Positions 11,962 to 25,145 of a stretch of DNA of 64,000 nucleotides are shown in pieces. Positions within the stretch are counted from its first letter, which is position 1. Every line of letters begins with the position of its first letter. The stretch lies in NCBI GenBank assembly GCA_000320545.1, contig ADNK01002058.1:174244-238243 (forward strand). The letters are read 5' to 3'. Under the pieces are notes generated by a model, which saw only the letters and a list, made by a program, of their open reading frames with translations, was not told the DNA's origin and did no database searches. A program made the position numbers and the translations under genes. This DNA is from Bigelowiella natans CCMP2755. Taxonomy: Eukaryota; Protista; Cercozoa.

Positions 11962-14529
11962 ATGGTGCCGACGTCGGTGGTACCACTGCTACCGACAGCC
12001 GTTCCTGAGACACGATGGAAAAGGAACACGCATAATCATAAATTTCTTCCAGCCATTACAACTGTGATTATAAATGCCCTTTTCTTTCTTCTTCTTTTCC
12101 ACAATATTTACCAATACTATCCGTCAACTTCGTCTTTGTTGTCAAGACAAAGAGGGGTGCCACTTTCAACGGGGGGGCCAAGAGTTTCTTTTAGCCACTC
12201 TAGCGTAAGATCTCCTTCGGTTTATCAACAACCTACCATTTCTCACAACCAACATGATCTGTACCACCAACGCAGCATGTATAGACCCCTTCGTCGCTTT
12301 TCCATTCGATGCTTAAAAGATAGTTCGCTTCTACAAGAAGCAGGAGATGGAGCTCCAAATGCAGAACATGGCAAATATTCAAAAGAAGACACGGAAGACA
12401 ATAAGGATGACGAATCGATTGGAAAATTTTGGAAGTCGGAAGGCCGTCTTCTAGTCGTCAACGGTACGCTAGAACTAAAGGGACGACAAGGGTACATGCT
12501 ACAATTCGAGGGAGGGGCGAGAGGGGTGTTTCTCTGGGAGAGATCGTCCCTATACTATGTGTATTTACTCTCCCCTACTGACAAATCGCCGGTGATATTG
12601 CCTTCGAATGGTGAAAATGCCTACTTAATGGATAAGAAGCTGTCATTCACCCCTTCTATGTCAGCAGCAAATCGATCAGAATCTTTTCCCTTGATCGACA
12701 TGTTTGGAATACCAATTAATTCACCAACACCACAACAAAAATCCTCAGGAGATGAGGATACTATTAGCAGTATAAATAAAGATGATGCCTCCTGGCCTAT
12801 TTTCAATGAAACCCCGAAACAGTCAGACTTGCAGACTATTCGAAGGAGCCTCGTCACAGGAATGACTGCTGTTGATGCACTCTCTCCCATGGGAATGGGA
12901 CAAAATATGATTGTCTTAGGTAACGAAAAAGTTGGAAAATCATCTCTTGCTGTGAACACGGCAATTGCTCAACGAAATACTGGTGTCAAAGTTATCTATG
13001 CATGTCTTACCGGTCAGGATGAACAAGTTCACGACATCCTACGAGCCCAGGGAGCATTGGAATACACTACGATTGTAGTTCCAAAAGATTCTATGGACCA
13101 AGTTCGTGGGGAAACAACAGAGAATTTTGGAATGGAGGGCGAAATAGCTGCTCGCCAAATTGTGGCTGCATCTACTGCTGTATCCATGGGAGAACACATC
13201 CGCCAAAAAGGAGGTGATGCCCTCGTAATCCTTGATGACCTTCGAGGTCATCAAGATATGTGGCGATTCATCTGTGAATCCCTTTTAGATGCTTCCGGGG
13301 GTGTGAATGTGTTTCAAGGTGCTGACGACTCCGCCATGCGCCAATACTATTCTGGGTTGTTCCAAAGGGTGGGCAAGTTTAACAATGCTAAAGGAGCTGG
13401 TAGCTTGAGCATGATGATGATCTTAGAGACAGTCCCACCTCCGGAGCCATCCAAACAAACATTCGTCCTTGAAGATTTTGAGAGAGAAGACATGATTAAT
13501 GAGCAAACGAAGGCGCGAATCCGAGTACTAATGGAGCGTGGAGTGACAATCACGAGGGAAGTTCTACAGAAACTTGACATACCTCCTCCAGGGACAAGGA
13601 CAGTTGAAACCCTAGCACAGATACAAGATATTGACGCTTTGATATCCCTCTCGGACGGCCATATAACCATCGATGAGAAGGCATTCAAGAATGGTAAAAT
13701 AAAGATGAAGAGAGAAGAGGGGCAAGGGAGGGATAGAGGGAGGAGAACAAAGAATGATTTCCGGGAGTAAACTCATCATCAACACTGTAGGTCGTAAACC
13801 AGCAATTGATCCCTCAAACTCTTTGACTCGTGTTGGAATTGGCAGTGGACCAGTGCAAGGTCAAGCGTTTGCTCCTGTCATATTGAAAGTAGCACCAAGA
13901 ATGCGCTTAGATATGGCCCAGATGGTGCAAGATAAGGACGAGGTATTAGGAGAGGAGCTCTCAAACCGTATTGCTGCGTGGGAAGGTGTCCTGAGCCAGC
14001 CAGTGGGGGAAGTTAGGTCCCTAGCCGAAATTGCGACCACTCTTTATGCAGTGGCGAAAGGGAAATTAGATCATCGAGCAAAGGAAGAGGGTAAACAATA
14101 GCATTTTCTACAAAGACTGACACATTCACAGATCCACAAATAGATGAAGCGCAGTTAGAAAGTTTTCCTGATTTCCGCTTTCATTCATCTTCTACCTATT
14201 TAGGAGTGCAAGGTGTCCGAAAGTGTACCTCGGAGTTTTGGAATTATATTGAGAAAAGCAAGCCAGAGATTGTTAAAGAAATCCAGGAAACACAGGATAT
14301 CGGTATTCTAGTCAGAAAAACAGTTTCACGTAAAACTGTCAATTGATCGTTCCTATTGACGATAATTTTTCAAAGATGGTTCTACTCTAATCCATTAATC
14401 TCACCGTGTTTGTTTATCAACCTTTCAGGCCAGGATAATCTCGACATGCTTTCAAAAGCTATGAATGATTTTTTTTCAAACGAAAAAGTTGAAAAAGAGG
14501 ATTCTTTAGAACCTTTGGGTGTTGTTTAA
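11962..14529 (+). CDS. Divergent nucleus-encoded F1-ATPase alpha-subunit homologue with bipartite plastid-type leader, 4 exons
   Basis: LVTGMTAVDALSPMGMGQ, P-loop GNEKVGKS, GEHIRQKGGDALVILDDL, GSLSMMMILET, LISLSDGHI..G|RKPAIDPSNSLTRVG align with AtpA motifs. Exons 11962-13693, 13791-14090, 14204-14301 and 14429-14529 splice in frame. Confidence 0.85.
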
Positions 14530-14580
14530 AATGTGATCATCACAGTGAATGTTCATTTAATGCTGAGAACAATTTCTACT

Positions 14581-15715
14581 TGCCATGATTGAGTCACATG
14601 TTCATCGACGCATCAAAAATTTGATGAACATGATCGCGCGCGACAGGACACAGCACTGGCTCTAGACACTGGTTTCGATGCAAGTTGAACACAATGCTTG
14701 CATCACCACAATGAAGCTGCACGTGTTGATGAACAATTTCCAATTTGCAGACGATCCACAGCGCTAGGAAAATGTGATGCGATGAGACTGCACACGTCAA
14801 GCTAGCAAGGCCAATGATGAGCGAGCTAGCGAGTGCGGGGCAGGCACTGCGGCCACAGCTAGACAGTTTTGTTGACTTTTTCACCGTTTGCAGTTTGCAC
14901 ACTTGCTAGCTTGCATGGCTGAATGCTTTGATTGATGTTCATCACGCAGAAAACAGGAAACTCCGCCGCTGCGCTGGTGACCAACAACACGTCGTGATGA
15001 AGCAAAACGAATGTGCGCTGCAGCACCACTTTCACGTCTGGAAGTCTTGCTGGATTTTGCACCCATCCGCGATGTGACCGCCATCTGCTCGTGTTGATGG
15101 CGTGCAATTTGCGAGAAGCAGAAACAAGAAGGACAGAAAACGTTGTTCATTGCCAAATCGATTGCACTTCCAAAGTCCAGAAGTGTTGCGTGACACTGCA
15201 GCACTTGCAAAGCACGAAACGCAGTCTAGCAGTGCCTCGAGCTGAAAAGCACAACGAGGACTCTCTGGTGTGCGAAAACAAAAACCAGCACGATGCAAAA
15301 TTGGCATGCATGGCTGAGTGAGGCAGCACAACCAAGAGCACCCCAGAGGAAGGAGGGGCTGATGTGGATGGGCGAGATGTGAGCAGGGACACATCGTCGC
15401 GGTGGAATTGCGCAAAGACACGCAAGTTGAGAGGCCCGGAAAACCTCATGGCGGCGAGCGGCTTCCCGGTCCGCGGAAGACCATTGAGGCAAGACGCTTC
15501 CTGAAACCTTGTCGAAGACATCAGGCTAGCATGTAGCGGGGGAGGGGGGCTCACCTGATGGGACTCCAACAACAATGAACAATGAACAATGATGAAAAAC
15601 TACAGCTTTCCACGTTTCCAAAGTGTGAAAAAATGATGATGATGATGATGATGAGCTGCATTTCCAAAATGTGACAAGACATTTGCAGTGAGCAACGAAC
15701 GATTTGAAGCCCAAA
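14581..15715. other. TpA-depleted intergenic tract containing a dispersed-repeat copy
   Basis: Hand count: 10 TA in about 1135 bp (8 CTAG, 1 GTAG, 1 CTAC). Shares gaaacgcag..gtgcctcgagctgaaaa and aacaatgaacaatgatga..catttccaaaatg..aagacatttgcag with 59.5-60.6 kb. Confidence 0.85.
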
Positions 15716-15735
15716 AATATCCATGGTTCTGTCCA

Positions 15736-15745
15736 ATGCGACAAC

Positions 15746-15781
<36 letters not shown>

Positions 15782-16538
15782 GCAACAACAACAGCAACAA
15801 CAACAGCAACAACAACAATAGAGCACTACTACTACTACTACTACTACTACTACAAGTCATCGCAGACTACCCACGCTACTACTACAGTTCTCATATACGC
15901 AAAGGGCAAGGGGGTGCTCATCATCACTCAACAACAACAACAACAGCAATATGGAATGAACGTGCTGCTGCCCATCAATCAACACCAATGAATAATCCAG
16001 AGATTAAGCAAAAGATTGAAGAAGAGCACATGCACGGTAGCAAAACACATCATCAACATCACCAATGCAGCGGTTGTATACGTGACAATGTTCATACCAA
16101 CATCATTCAGAGGATCACAAACCAGAACAAAACCGCGACGATGATCATTTTCCTCTGTCCCCTCTTCCAGCAGTGCTCCCATGGTTCTCGCCTATTTCCT
16201 CACTTGGAGTGCATTTTTTTGTGAAACACGGGTTCGCCCAATCCGTGACTGGAGATTCCACAGCAGCTATTGACAACCTTCGCAGATGGAGGATGATGCA
16301 GATGGCTGAAGATGCAAAACAAGATGATGATGATGATGATGATGATGATAGAAAAGGACACCAAGCTGGCGAGGGTCCGGAGGGCTTTGGCGACCAAAAT
16401 ATGATGCGGAGAAGGGAACATGAGTTTGTTGAGCTTGGTAGTACGGGGATGGGGACAAAATTAAACATCTTGAGTTGTACATTACACGCACATAAACTGC
16501 ACACATTTTAATATTGGGAATACCTTTCGTGCATAATA

Positions 16539-16586
<48 letters not shown>

Positions 16587-16616
16587 GGTGGATGCGTACT
16601 CGTTTGTGATAAGAGG

Positions 16617-16675
<59 letters not shown>

Positions 16676-17435
16676 AGAGGGAACAAAATCGTTTTAAAGT
16701 GTCGAGGCATGGATGAGTGTGTGCCGTTATCTATCTTGACTAGCAAACCAAAGGCTTGTCCCGCGTGGTCATCATGAAACATACTGTTGTGTGTTTCATG
16801 CAAGAGGTTGCATGCATTTGCTACTTCTTACTGCTATGACCACGTTTCTTTTCGCTGGGATATTCTTCGCGAAAACATCATTTTCTGGACCTCTATGGGC
16901 AGTGACAGGGAAGGAGGTAGAGAGTGTGGTGCAAGGATTCCCAGAAGAACTCGAGATCGAATGGAACACCCTAAATCGTTCACTACGGTGGTGGAATACT
17001 ACTACTACTACTAATACCATGAGAGACAAAGACGACAGCGCTAATCTTAAGAGAGTGGAGCTCTCATTGCCATGGGAGTTATTGATGCTGTGGCGGGAAG
17101 AGCTTCCTAACCCTGTACCTCTAACCCCCGTGGTTCTATGGGATTTAGTCGACAGTCTCCTCGGTATGTTTATATATGTTGAAATGGATGAAATCCACCT
17201 CTCCTATGATAGCCATAAGGATGCTAACGAATGATGATGATGGTGGTGATAAAGACTAAACCCATAAAATGACGACAACGACGACGACTCTGATACTAAG
17301 ATAGAATAATCATAACAAGCAACAAATTGATGATGAGGAGCATTGGTTAGTATGCAGATGGCGAAGTAGTAGTTGTAGTAGTAGTAGTAGCAAATTTGAG
17401 ACGGTAGCAGCCCTCATTGATGAAAATGTAAATAC

Positions 17436-17471
<36 letters not shown>

Positions 17472-18474
17472 TTATATTGACGTTGTTCCTTAGGTGGTTC
17501 TCTTATAAATGGACCAAGTTCTGAGCAGCAGCAGCAGCAGCAGCTTTTTCGCAGCAGTAGTAGCATCAGGCCCCGTATGGCAGACGAATTGGTTCGTATT
17601 GAGGAGTTTAAGAGGGGGGATAGAGTGTTAGTTAGGAGAAAGAGGAATAGGAAGAGGACAAGTATTTTCTCTTCTTCCTTCTTCTTCTACGGGGGTGAGT
17701 GGGAACCTGGGACGGTAGTTGGCATTGAGGACTCAACAAAGCTCAAGGAAGTGCGATATTTCGTACGATTCGATCAGATGGGGGGTGATGATAAGCATTC
17801 CTCCTCCTCCTCCTCCTCCTCTTTTTCTTCTTCTTCTTCTTCTTCTTCTTCTTCTTCTTCTGATATTGAGAGCTTTGTTCCTTCATCCCTTCGCCCCCAT
17901 CAAAACTTATTGGTGCTGACAAGGGAAGAAGACATGATCCTTCCGGCTCTCCAGGAGTTTCGCAAACAACAAGACGTTCTGCGCCAAGAAAGGGAACTGC
18001 GGCGCACAACTCATAAGAAGAAGAAAAAAGGGAATAGTAATGTGAGTAGTCGTGGTAGTAGTGTCGCTGCTGAGGAAAGTGATAATAATAACAGAAGTGG
18101 AGCAGTCGAGAGAGGCCACGACGAAAATGCTGATAAATATCACAATACCAATGGGGGTGAGCACGAGGAGGATACTACTAGGAGTTTTGATTTACCAAGT
18201 GAGGAGGAGGATGAAGCTGCAGCAGCCTTGGCGAATATGAGGGAGTCTGAATTGCTAGATCAACTCATGGACAAATGGCACGCTGTAAGAGGCTTGGTGG
18301 TCGCAACAGAACGACGTCTGTATGTGTTTCAAGGCTATTCCTTTTCTCACCGTGGTTACTGGAGATTTCCTGGGGCAGAATTGCCTCCCGTCTCTCAGCC
18401 GCTGAAGAGAAAGGCTGTGGAGGTATTTCGTCCCTTGGATCTGCTCATTCAACAATTCTGCACAGAGAAGACCG

Positions 18475-18507
<33 letters not shown>

Positions 18508-19901
18508 TGATGTATGTGAGGTGGTCATAATAATAACGATGATGATGATGATGGTAGTGCAATAATTAATGGCTGCTGCTGTTTTGCTGCTAGATATACT
18601 AGGAACAATGAGGATATATAATAATAATATTAGGCAAGATTCTACTAAACAATCAAATGAAAGCATGCATCACAAAATTTGTTCCTTGTTTTCCAAAGAT
18701 TGCCTCCACATTATCATATTATATGTGCAAGAAAAAGTAAGTAAGTGTTGCCGCAGTTGCTCGTTTGACCTCCCTTTCTTCTATTCCTGTTAAGAAGTAC
18801 AAGTAATGTCACCCTATTGCCTTTCCTTCTCATCCTGCTCCTCTTTCTTGTGTACTGATAATAATTTGACTTTGATTGCTTTACTCTCCCCTTCATCTAT
18901 TATTTAGTTACCTTGCCTCGAGTGGAATGTCAGGTAGGAGATAAAGTACGTGCTGTATGGGCTGGCGCTAGAGACGGAAGAAAGCTTTATAATGCAATCC
19001 TCAGGGAAAAGATAAGCACAGTTGTTGCTGCGAGAAAATCTCCCGGTACTCATCCTACTACTACTACCACTACTACTACTACTAATAATAATAATAATAC
19101 TCCTAATACTACTAAAGAATCAAAAAATGCTGCAGTAGCAGGAGCTCGCCATGAATTTCCCCCCTCTCCCAACATTAACGGCAATTATCCTTTAGACGAC
19201 AAGAAAGTAGAGAATGGTGAAGGAATGAGCAGCAGGGTGGATCAAACAGTAGAGGAGGACGTGTGGCTAGTGGATTGGGCTGACGATGATGAAACTTACC
19301 GCAATATCACTGCGAGGGACATATATAAGTTCGGTTATCCATGTTCCAGTGGAAGGATGGCTGCTGCTGATAAGGAGGAAGAAAATAGTGACGATAATAA
19401 GCAGCAAGAAATTTCTTACGAGAATGTGCTTCAGTGCAACCGAAGTACAGGTATTAAACGAGCAGCAGCATGGTTAGGGTTTGGAAAAGAAGAAGAAGAA
19501 GAAGATAATGGGGACAGCAGCATAAGCGTAGCACGACTGAATACATTTCTAAGATGGCGACTTCACTTGGCTATGTGGGGTCTCCTTGTCTACATGCTCC
19601 TCTTCGTGTACAATTTTGTACGACATTTGCTAATGTTGGTAGTCGTACAAGTGCCAGTAGCTTATGTCGTTGTGAATCTCCTAAGACACGTAGATACACC
19701 AATGACCCCGTTATCTACCTTGGTTGTCATGGGGTTTTACGCTGTTACTCCTATTCTATGCTTGAGAGATATTATTGCTGTTGCTCTTGAATTACTTCAA
19801 ATTGAAAAAATGGACAAGGAGCCAGTCGGGATTAGCGACGATTTAGAAGTAGCAGGAGCATTGACAAAGTAGATGTTTAATCATCATTTGTGTGTGTTGT
19901 G

Positions 19902-19938
<37 letters not shown>

Positions 19939-20067
19939 TACGAGGCATCATTGGGTATGCATGCTGCATAAAATAACTAGTCACAAAACCACTTATTCTT
20001 CTTTTTCTTCTTCTCTTCTTCTGCTGCTTCTTTACACTAGCACTACCATCACTAGCTTGTACTCATT

Positions 20068-20101
<34 letters not shown>

Positions 20102-20109
20102 CAAATATT

Positions 20110-20150
<41 letters not shown>

Positions 20151-20521
20151 CGTATTCAGGTACTACTATTACTACTATGATTACCTGCATGAGGTAGCGG
20201 ATTGGTACATGACAACAGGGAAGATATGGTTTCTGTCAGTATCATTCGCAGCGTGGATGGTGTTCCTCGTAGCACGCTTGAGGAGTCAGGCAAATAGAAT
20301 ACAAATGATGGCTACTGCTGCTGCACGGGATGGTGTTGTTCAACGAAGGAGGGGGAGGAGGAGGAGGAGAGGAGAAGTTAATCATAACGAGAAAAATGAC
20401 AGCAAGCAGCAGCAGCAGCAGCAGCAGGAGCAGAAAGTGCGTGGTCGTAACAGTCGTGGCGTTATTGGTGATGATCATAAAGAAGGAAAAAGACCTAGTA
20501 TTACTACTGATGCACCAATAC

Positions 20522-20553
<32 letters not shown>

Positions 20554-21726
20554 GATGATGGTGATGATGATGAAAAAAGTAGTAGTGGTGGTGGTGGTAG
20601 TAGTAGTAGTAGTAACACGTCGTTACCGCCGTCGTCGTCGTTTCCAAAGGAGCAGCCAGCAGATAGTAGTGGTGGTGGGGAACAGCATGTAGTCGTAGAC
20701 TCACCTAGGTGCTCCTTCATAGACGATGGTAGTATTGATAGTAGTAGTAGTAGCAGCAGGGGTGAGATAAAGGAGAACAATCTGGACGAAGGTGAAATGA
20801 AGATGGATAACGACGAGAGAAGGCAGCGGAGCTATGAAGAGGATGATGATGATGAAGAAGAGGAAGAGGAAGAACAGCCTGTATGCCGCATATGTTTCGG
20901 GGGATCAGAGGAAGGAAGATTGATTTCGCCGTGCTTGTGTCGTGGGTCTATTCGATTCGTACATCTGGAGTGTTTGCACCACTGGCGGCATGAAAGCTCA
21001 AATGCTAAGGCTTTTTACGAGTGTGGGATGTGTAAATATCGATATTCATTTCGCCGGGCAATATACGCACAGATCTTACGTTCGGCGTTGGTGCTGCACA
21101 GTATGTCACTTATGATCTTAGGCATCTTAATTGTATTATCAGCGTTAATGCTACGCACTCTAGATGACAACGTATTTGAAGGATCATTAGCATCGGCACT
21201 AAAACCGAATTTAAAGGTTATAGATCTCCCCAAAGATGCCATACCACAAGAGGTAGTACATGTAGTATTAAGTAGTAGTAACAGACGTACTAATACAGAA
21301 TCAATGTGTCGTACAATCTTCCACCATTGCATCATAACTAACTTCTACTACTACTGCTACTACTGCTACTACTACTACTACTACTAATTTTAGGTCATCG
21401 AGCGATTCTTTGAAAAGACATGGTTTTGGGGTCTGACAGGGCCTCATCTTCTTCTCGGTCTAAGTGCGGTAGGCGTCGTTGGGTGGTTATGCTCCTTTTG
21501 GCTATACGCACCACTTGTATGGGGACCTGGTCGCAACCGCAATATTCTCCCCATTCTCATAATCATTGGCGTGATAAAAGTGCTGACAGTCACCTACGAA
21601 TTTATGAAGAGCCTCTCAGGGTATTATCTGCGAGCCGCTGAGAATTTAATTCTGGAGGTTGGAGATGGTTACAGTGGAAGACCCCGAACGAAGAAGCGAC
21701 GAAAGAAAAAAGATCAGAAGACATAA
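15736..21726 (+). CDS. Multi-pass membrane RING-CH (MARCH-type) E3 ligase with two Tudor/Agenet-like domains, 7 exons
   Basis: In-frame GT-AG splicing of 15736-16036, 16171-16437, 16744-17163, 17494-18474, 18908-19868, 20160-21252, 21394-21726. RING-CH CRICF..LISPCLCRGSIRFVHLECL..W..CGMC followed by TM segments; FKRGDRVLVR..WEPGTV..YFVRFD and QVGDKVRAVW..YNA..WLVDWAD. The start is tentative. Confidence 0.75.
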
Positions 21727-22811
21727 GAAAACAAAGAGTAGCTTTGTTTCGAACAACTCATAGTTGTTTTGAAGGTTAATCACCCCCATGTAGCTGGCTC
21801 GGATAACATTACAAACACCAACTTCGTGAATGAAGGTGTTCACCATTATTTATGTTGGTATAGCGGCTCTGTGCGGTTCCCATCTACGACAACTATAGAC
21901 GTGCGTGTGTTTTAGCGTGTACGCAAGCAAACATGTGCTGCGCAGCTAGCACGCGTGTTGTTGCATGTGCCAGTCACTTGCACACATGTGCCCTACGTAT
22001 CTACTAGACGTATCGTACGCGATGAGGTAGCATGCATGTACATATCTAGATATTACCACATCATTGTGACATGCGGCAATGCTGTCCTAGCGCATGGCGG
22101 TCAAGCATTGTGACAGCGACAGGCGGAGACACGTACATGCGCTTGCTAATCGTGCATCACAATTAATTTGTTGCTGCTGGGCAATTTTGCGCAGTCCTGT
22201 CACACTGTGCACCGCCTAGACCGCTACATGACTGATAACGAGGACTTGATTTACGCAAGAGTACGTGCATGCTCAACGGGAAATAATAAGGGGGTTGTAC
22301 GAATTGAAAAGCACAACATTGCACAACATTGCACACATTACACATTGCCTAGTTGTTGCGATGCTGCGCGCAAAACGAACCTCGCATTGCATGCCCCCTT
22401 CTAGCCATGTGCGCGCGTGCCATGAGGCTTTTTGTGCTTTAGATGCACTTCACTATAAACAATGATGCAGTGATTGATGCTGCTAGGCAAATTGTAATGC
22501 AGCGCTGCCGCGCCGTGCGTGCATGCTGCAAAACATGTGTTCGGTTGCGCGCAGAACACGCGATGTTTAGCCATCCATCAACCGTTGCTCATTTTGTGAT
22601 CTAGATGTCCATCATCAATTTATCATAGGAGGACGTAGCCGCATGTATTTATATGGAATATAATTACTCATACGAAATATTACGTTAAGTTTGTTTTCTC
22701 TATTACTAATATCGTGACAGAGAGTCGTCTGTATCTGCTACAACACAGTTTCACTACATTCTACCTTCCCATTAACCCTGATAATAGAAAGTCTTCCCTT
22801 CCTTCGTCCTT

Positions 22812-24088
22812 TCACTCCTCGTTCGGATGCATTTTTGCGACATGCTTTACAACCTGATAATCAATATCATCATCATCATCATCATTATCTATCACCATTT
22901 TTCTCTTATCGTTATTTTACATTCATTGTTAGATTTGAAACAACTATGCTAAAGAAATGTATGCAGGGATAACTGTGGTATTAGGAGACACATGATGCAC
23001 TTTATAAACTGATAGTTCTTACACACACATTTTCCTATCATTGAACACTCTATTAGAAGACAATATTTCCAGTATAATCTATCATCGCCTCCTCCTTCTT
23101 CTTCTTCTTCTTCTTCTTCTTCTTCTTTTTACGTTGTTAATGACACATCACGCACCTGTTTTGGACGGAAAAAGCCTCTATCACAGTATTTGCAATGGTA
23201 TGGCCTTTGACCCATGTGGATGAGCTCATGTCGTTTAACGTTTGTTCTGTCTGCAAAGCTCTTTCCACATCCCGGAAATTTACATATATATGGTCTTTCT
23301 CCTGTATGTATCCTTACGTGCCTTGTCAAAGTACTCTTTTCCGCAAATCTCTTGCCGCAATTATAAGGACAAGCATGGGGTCGTTCTCCAGTGTGCTTTT
23401 TCATGTGTCTCTTCAAGCTTTTTTGAGGAAGAAGGAAGATGATGATGAAGATGATGCAGTAAAAGAAGAGTAAGAATAAGGAGAGAGATGATGGATCATA
23501 ATGAATATAGACCAATATTGAAAATTCAAGGTAGTAGTAATGGGGAGGGAAAGGGAGGGATTGGGAGGAGATAGAAAGATGGAGAATCACGTACATAGGG
23601 GAACAATTGTTGTATACATTGCAATATTTGCATTTTTGTGAAGTCGGTTGCTTCTTTCCTCTATTCTTCATCATCATCACATCATCATCATCATCATTAT
23701 CATCATCACCAAACCATATTGTAGTATTTTCCAATTACCTAAAACGGGTGCTAAAACTGCAGTCACAACCAGGCTGGTCACACTTGAATGGCTTTCCTTT
23801 CTACGTGATGATGATCATGATGATGATGATGCAAATACAAAAAGAACGAATGAATCAATGACATAGAAGGATGGTCACAGGAAAGGAGGAGATGGATGAT
23901 ACAATTGTAAGAAGAGCTTTCTTTTACGAGATCGATGGATAAGAAAGAAGGGGATTAATGCGAAAAACTTGTTCCATATCATCACTAAAAGTGTAGTAGT
24001 TTGTTATATGTTTCTGTCATGACGAACGTCAAATATTGATTCTCACAAAACCACCAGTATCACCATCATCATACTCAATCGCAGCACT

Positions 24089-24144
<56 letters not shown>

Positions 24145-25113
24145 AATATTATACATATATATATATATATATATATACATATATTCTCGTAAAAGGTTGT
24201 GCGGTGTGTGTGTGTGTGTGTGTGTGTGCTTTTCGCTATCATTTCAATGTTGTTTATACCTGAAAGACATATAATAATTTATAGATGTGTGTACGCGCAC
24301 AAGTGCATTATTATTACTACCGAGCCAGATGCGTTGGTGTTCGGAGATGATGATGAAGTTTGGCTGTAGTTGCTGCTGCTCCTTTGACTTGAATTCGCCC
24401 CTCGGCCGTGCTGGGAGGACAAGTGAGGATGATGATTATTATTCGGCGTGTGAGGAGGAAGATGATGCTGAAACGGCTGCATCATCATAAGTGTGGAGGA
24501 AGTGGTAATAGTGCTGGTAGTGGTGGTTGTAGCTGCTGTTGTAGTAGTTGTTGTTGATGAAGCTCCTGATGAGTTGTTACTACTGGTGGTAGTGGTGGTG
24601 GGGGTGGTGGCTGCTGCTGCTGCATGTGGGTAGTAAGCGCCCCTGCTGCTAACTACTGCTGCATTCTTAGCTGATGATAATGATATCACGCCATGCCTTC
24701 CTCCTCCTCCTCCTCCTCCTCCTCCTCCTCCTCCCATGTGCTGCTGCTGTCCCCGCACATTGAACAAGTGATGATTGTTTTGATGATGTTGTTGAGACGG
24801 TAGTGGTGGTGTTGCTGGGTGCCATCGTTGCGACGACGATGACATCATCATCATATTACCTGTTTTGCTATTGATATTATTCAAATCTCTGCCTCTTCTG
24901 TAATCTAGAGGAGAGTTATTCTTCGTCGTTTCAGTACTGCTAGTAGATGTATCTTCGGGGAGAGAAGATGACGTTGCTGATAATGTGTCAGCAGGGTGGT
25001 GGTGTAGTGCTGATGATGATTTTGCAGCAGTGCCTGGCTGCTGATGGTGATAATTATTATATCTTGTCACCATTTTACGATTTGAGCCAGTACTACGACC
25101 TGCAGTTCCAGTG

Positions 25114-25145
<32 letters not shown>

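Noticed and set aside
11962-14529. Calling this canonical atpA/atp1 or an organellar DNA insertion
   Set aside because: Spliceosomal introns, a targeting leader, strong divergence and a large insertion.
14594-15575. Numerous overlapping Cys/His-rich ORFs here and at 566-1420, 39160-39690, 59396-60472 and 63215-63769
   Set aside because: By-product of TA loss: TAA, TAG and Tyr codons are missing, so all frames stay open and fill with TGY/CAY. No domain motifs.
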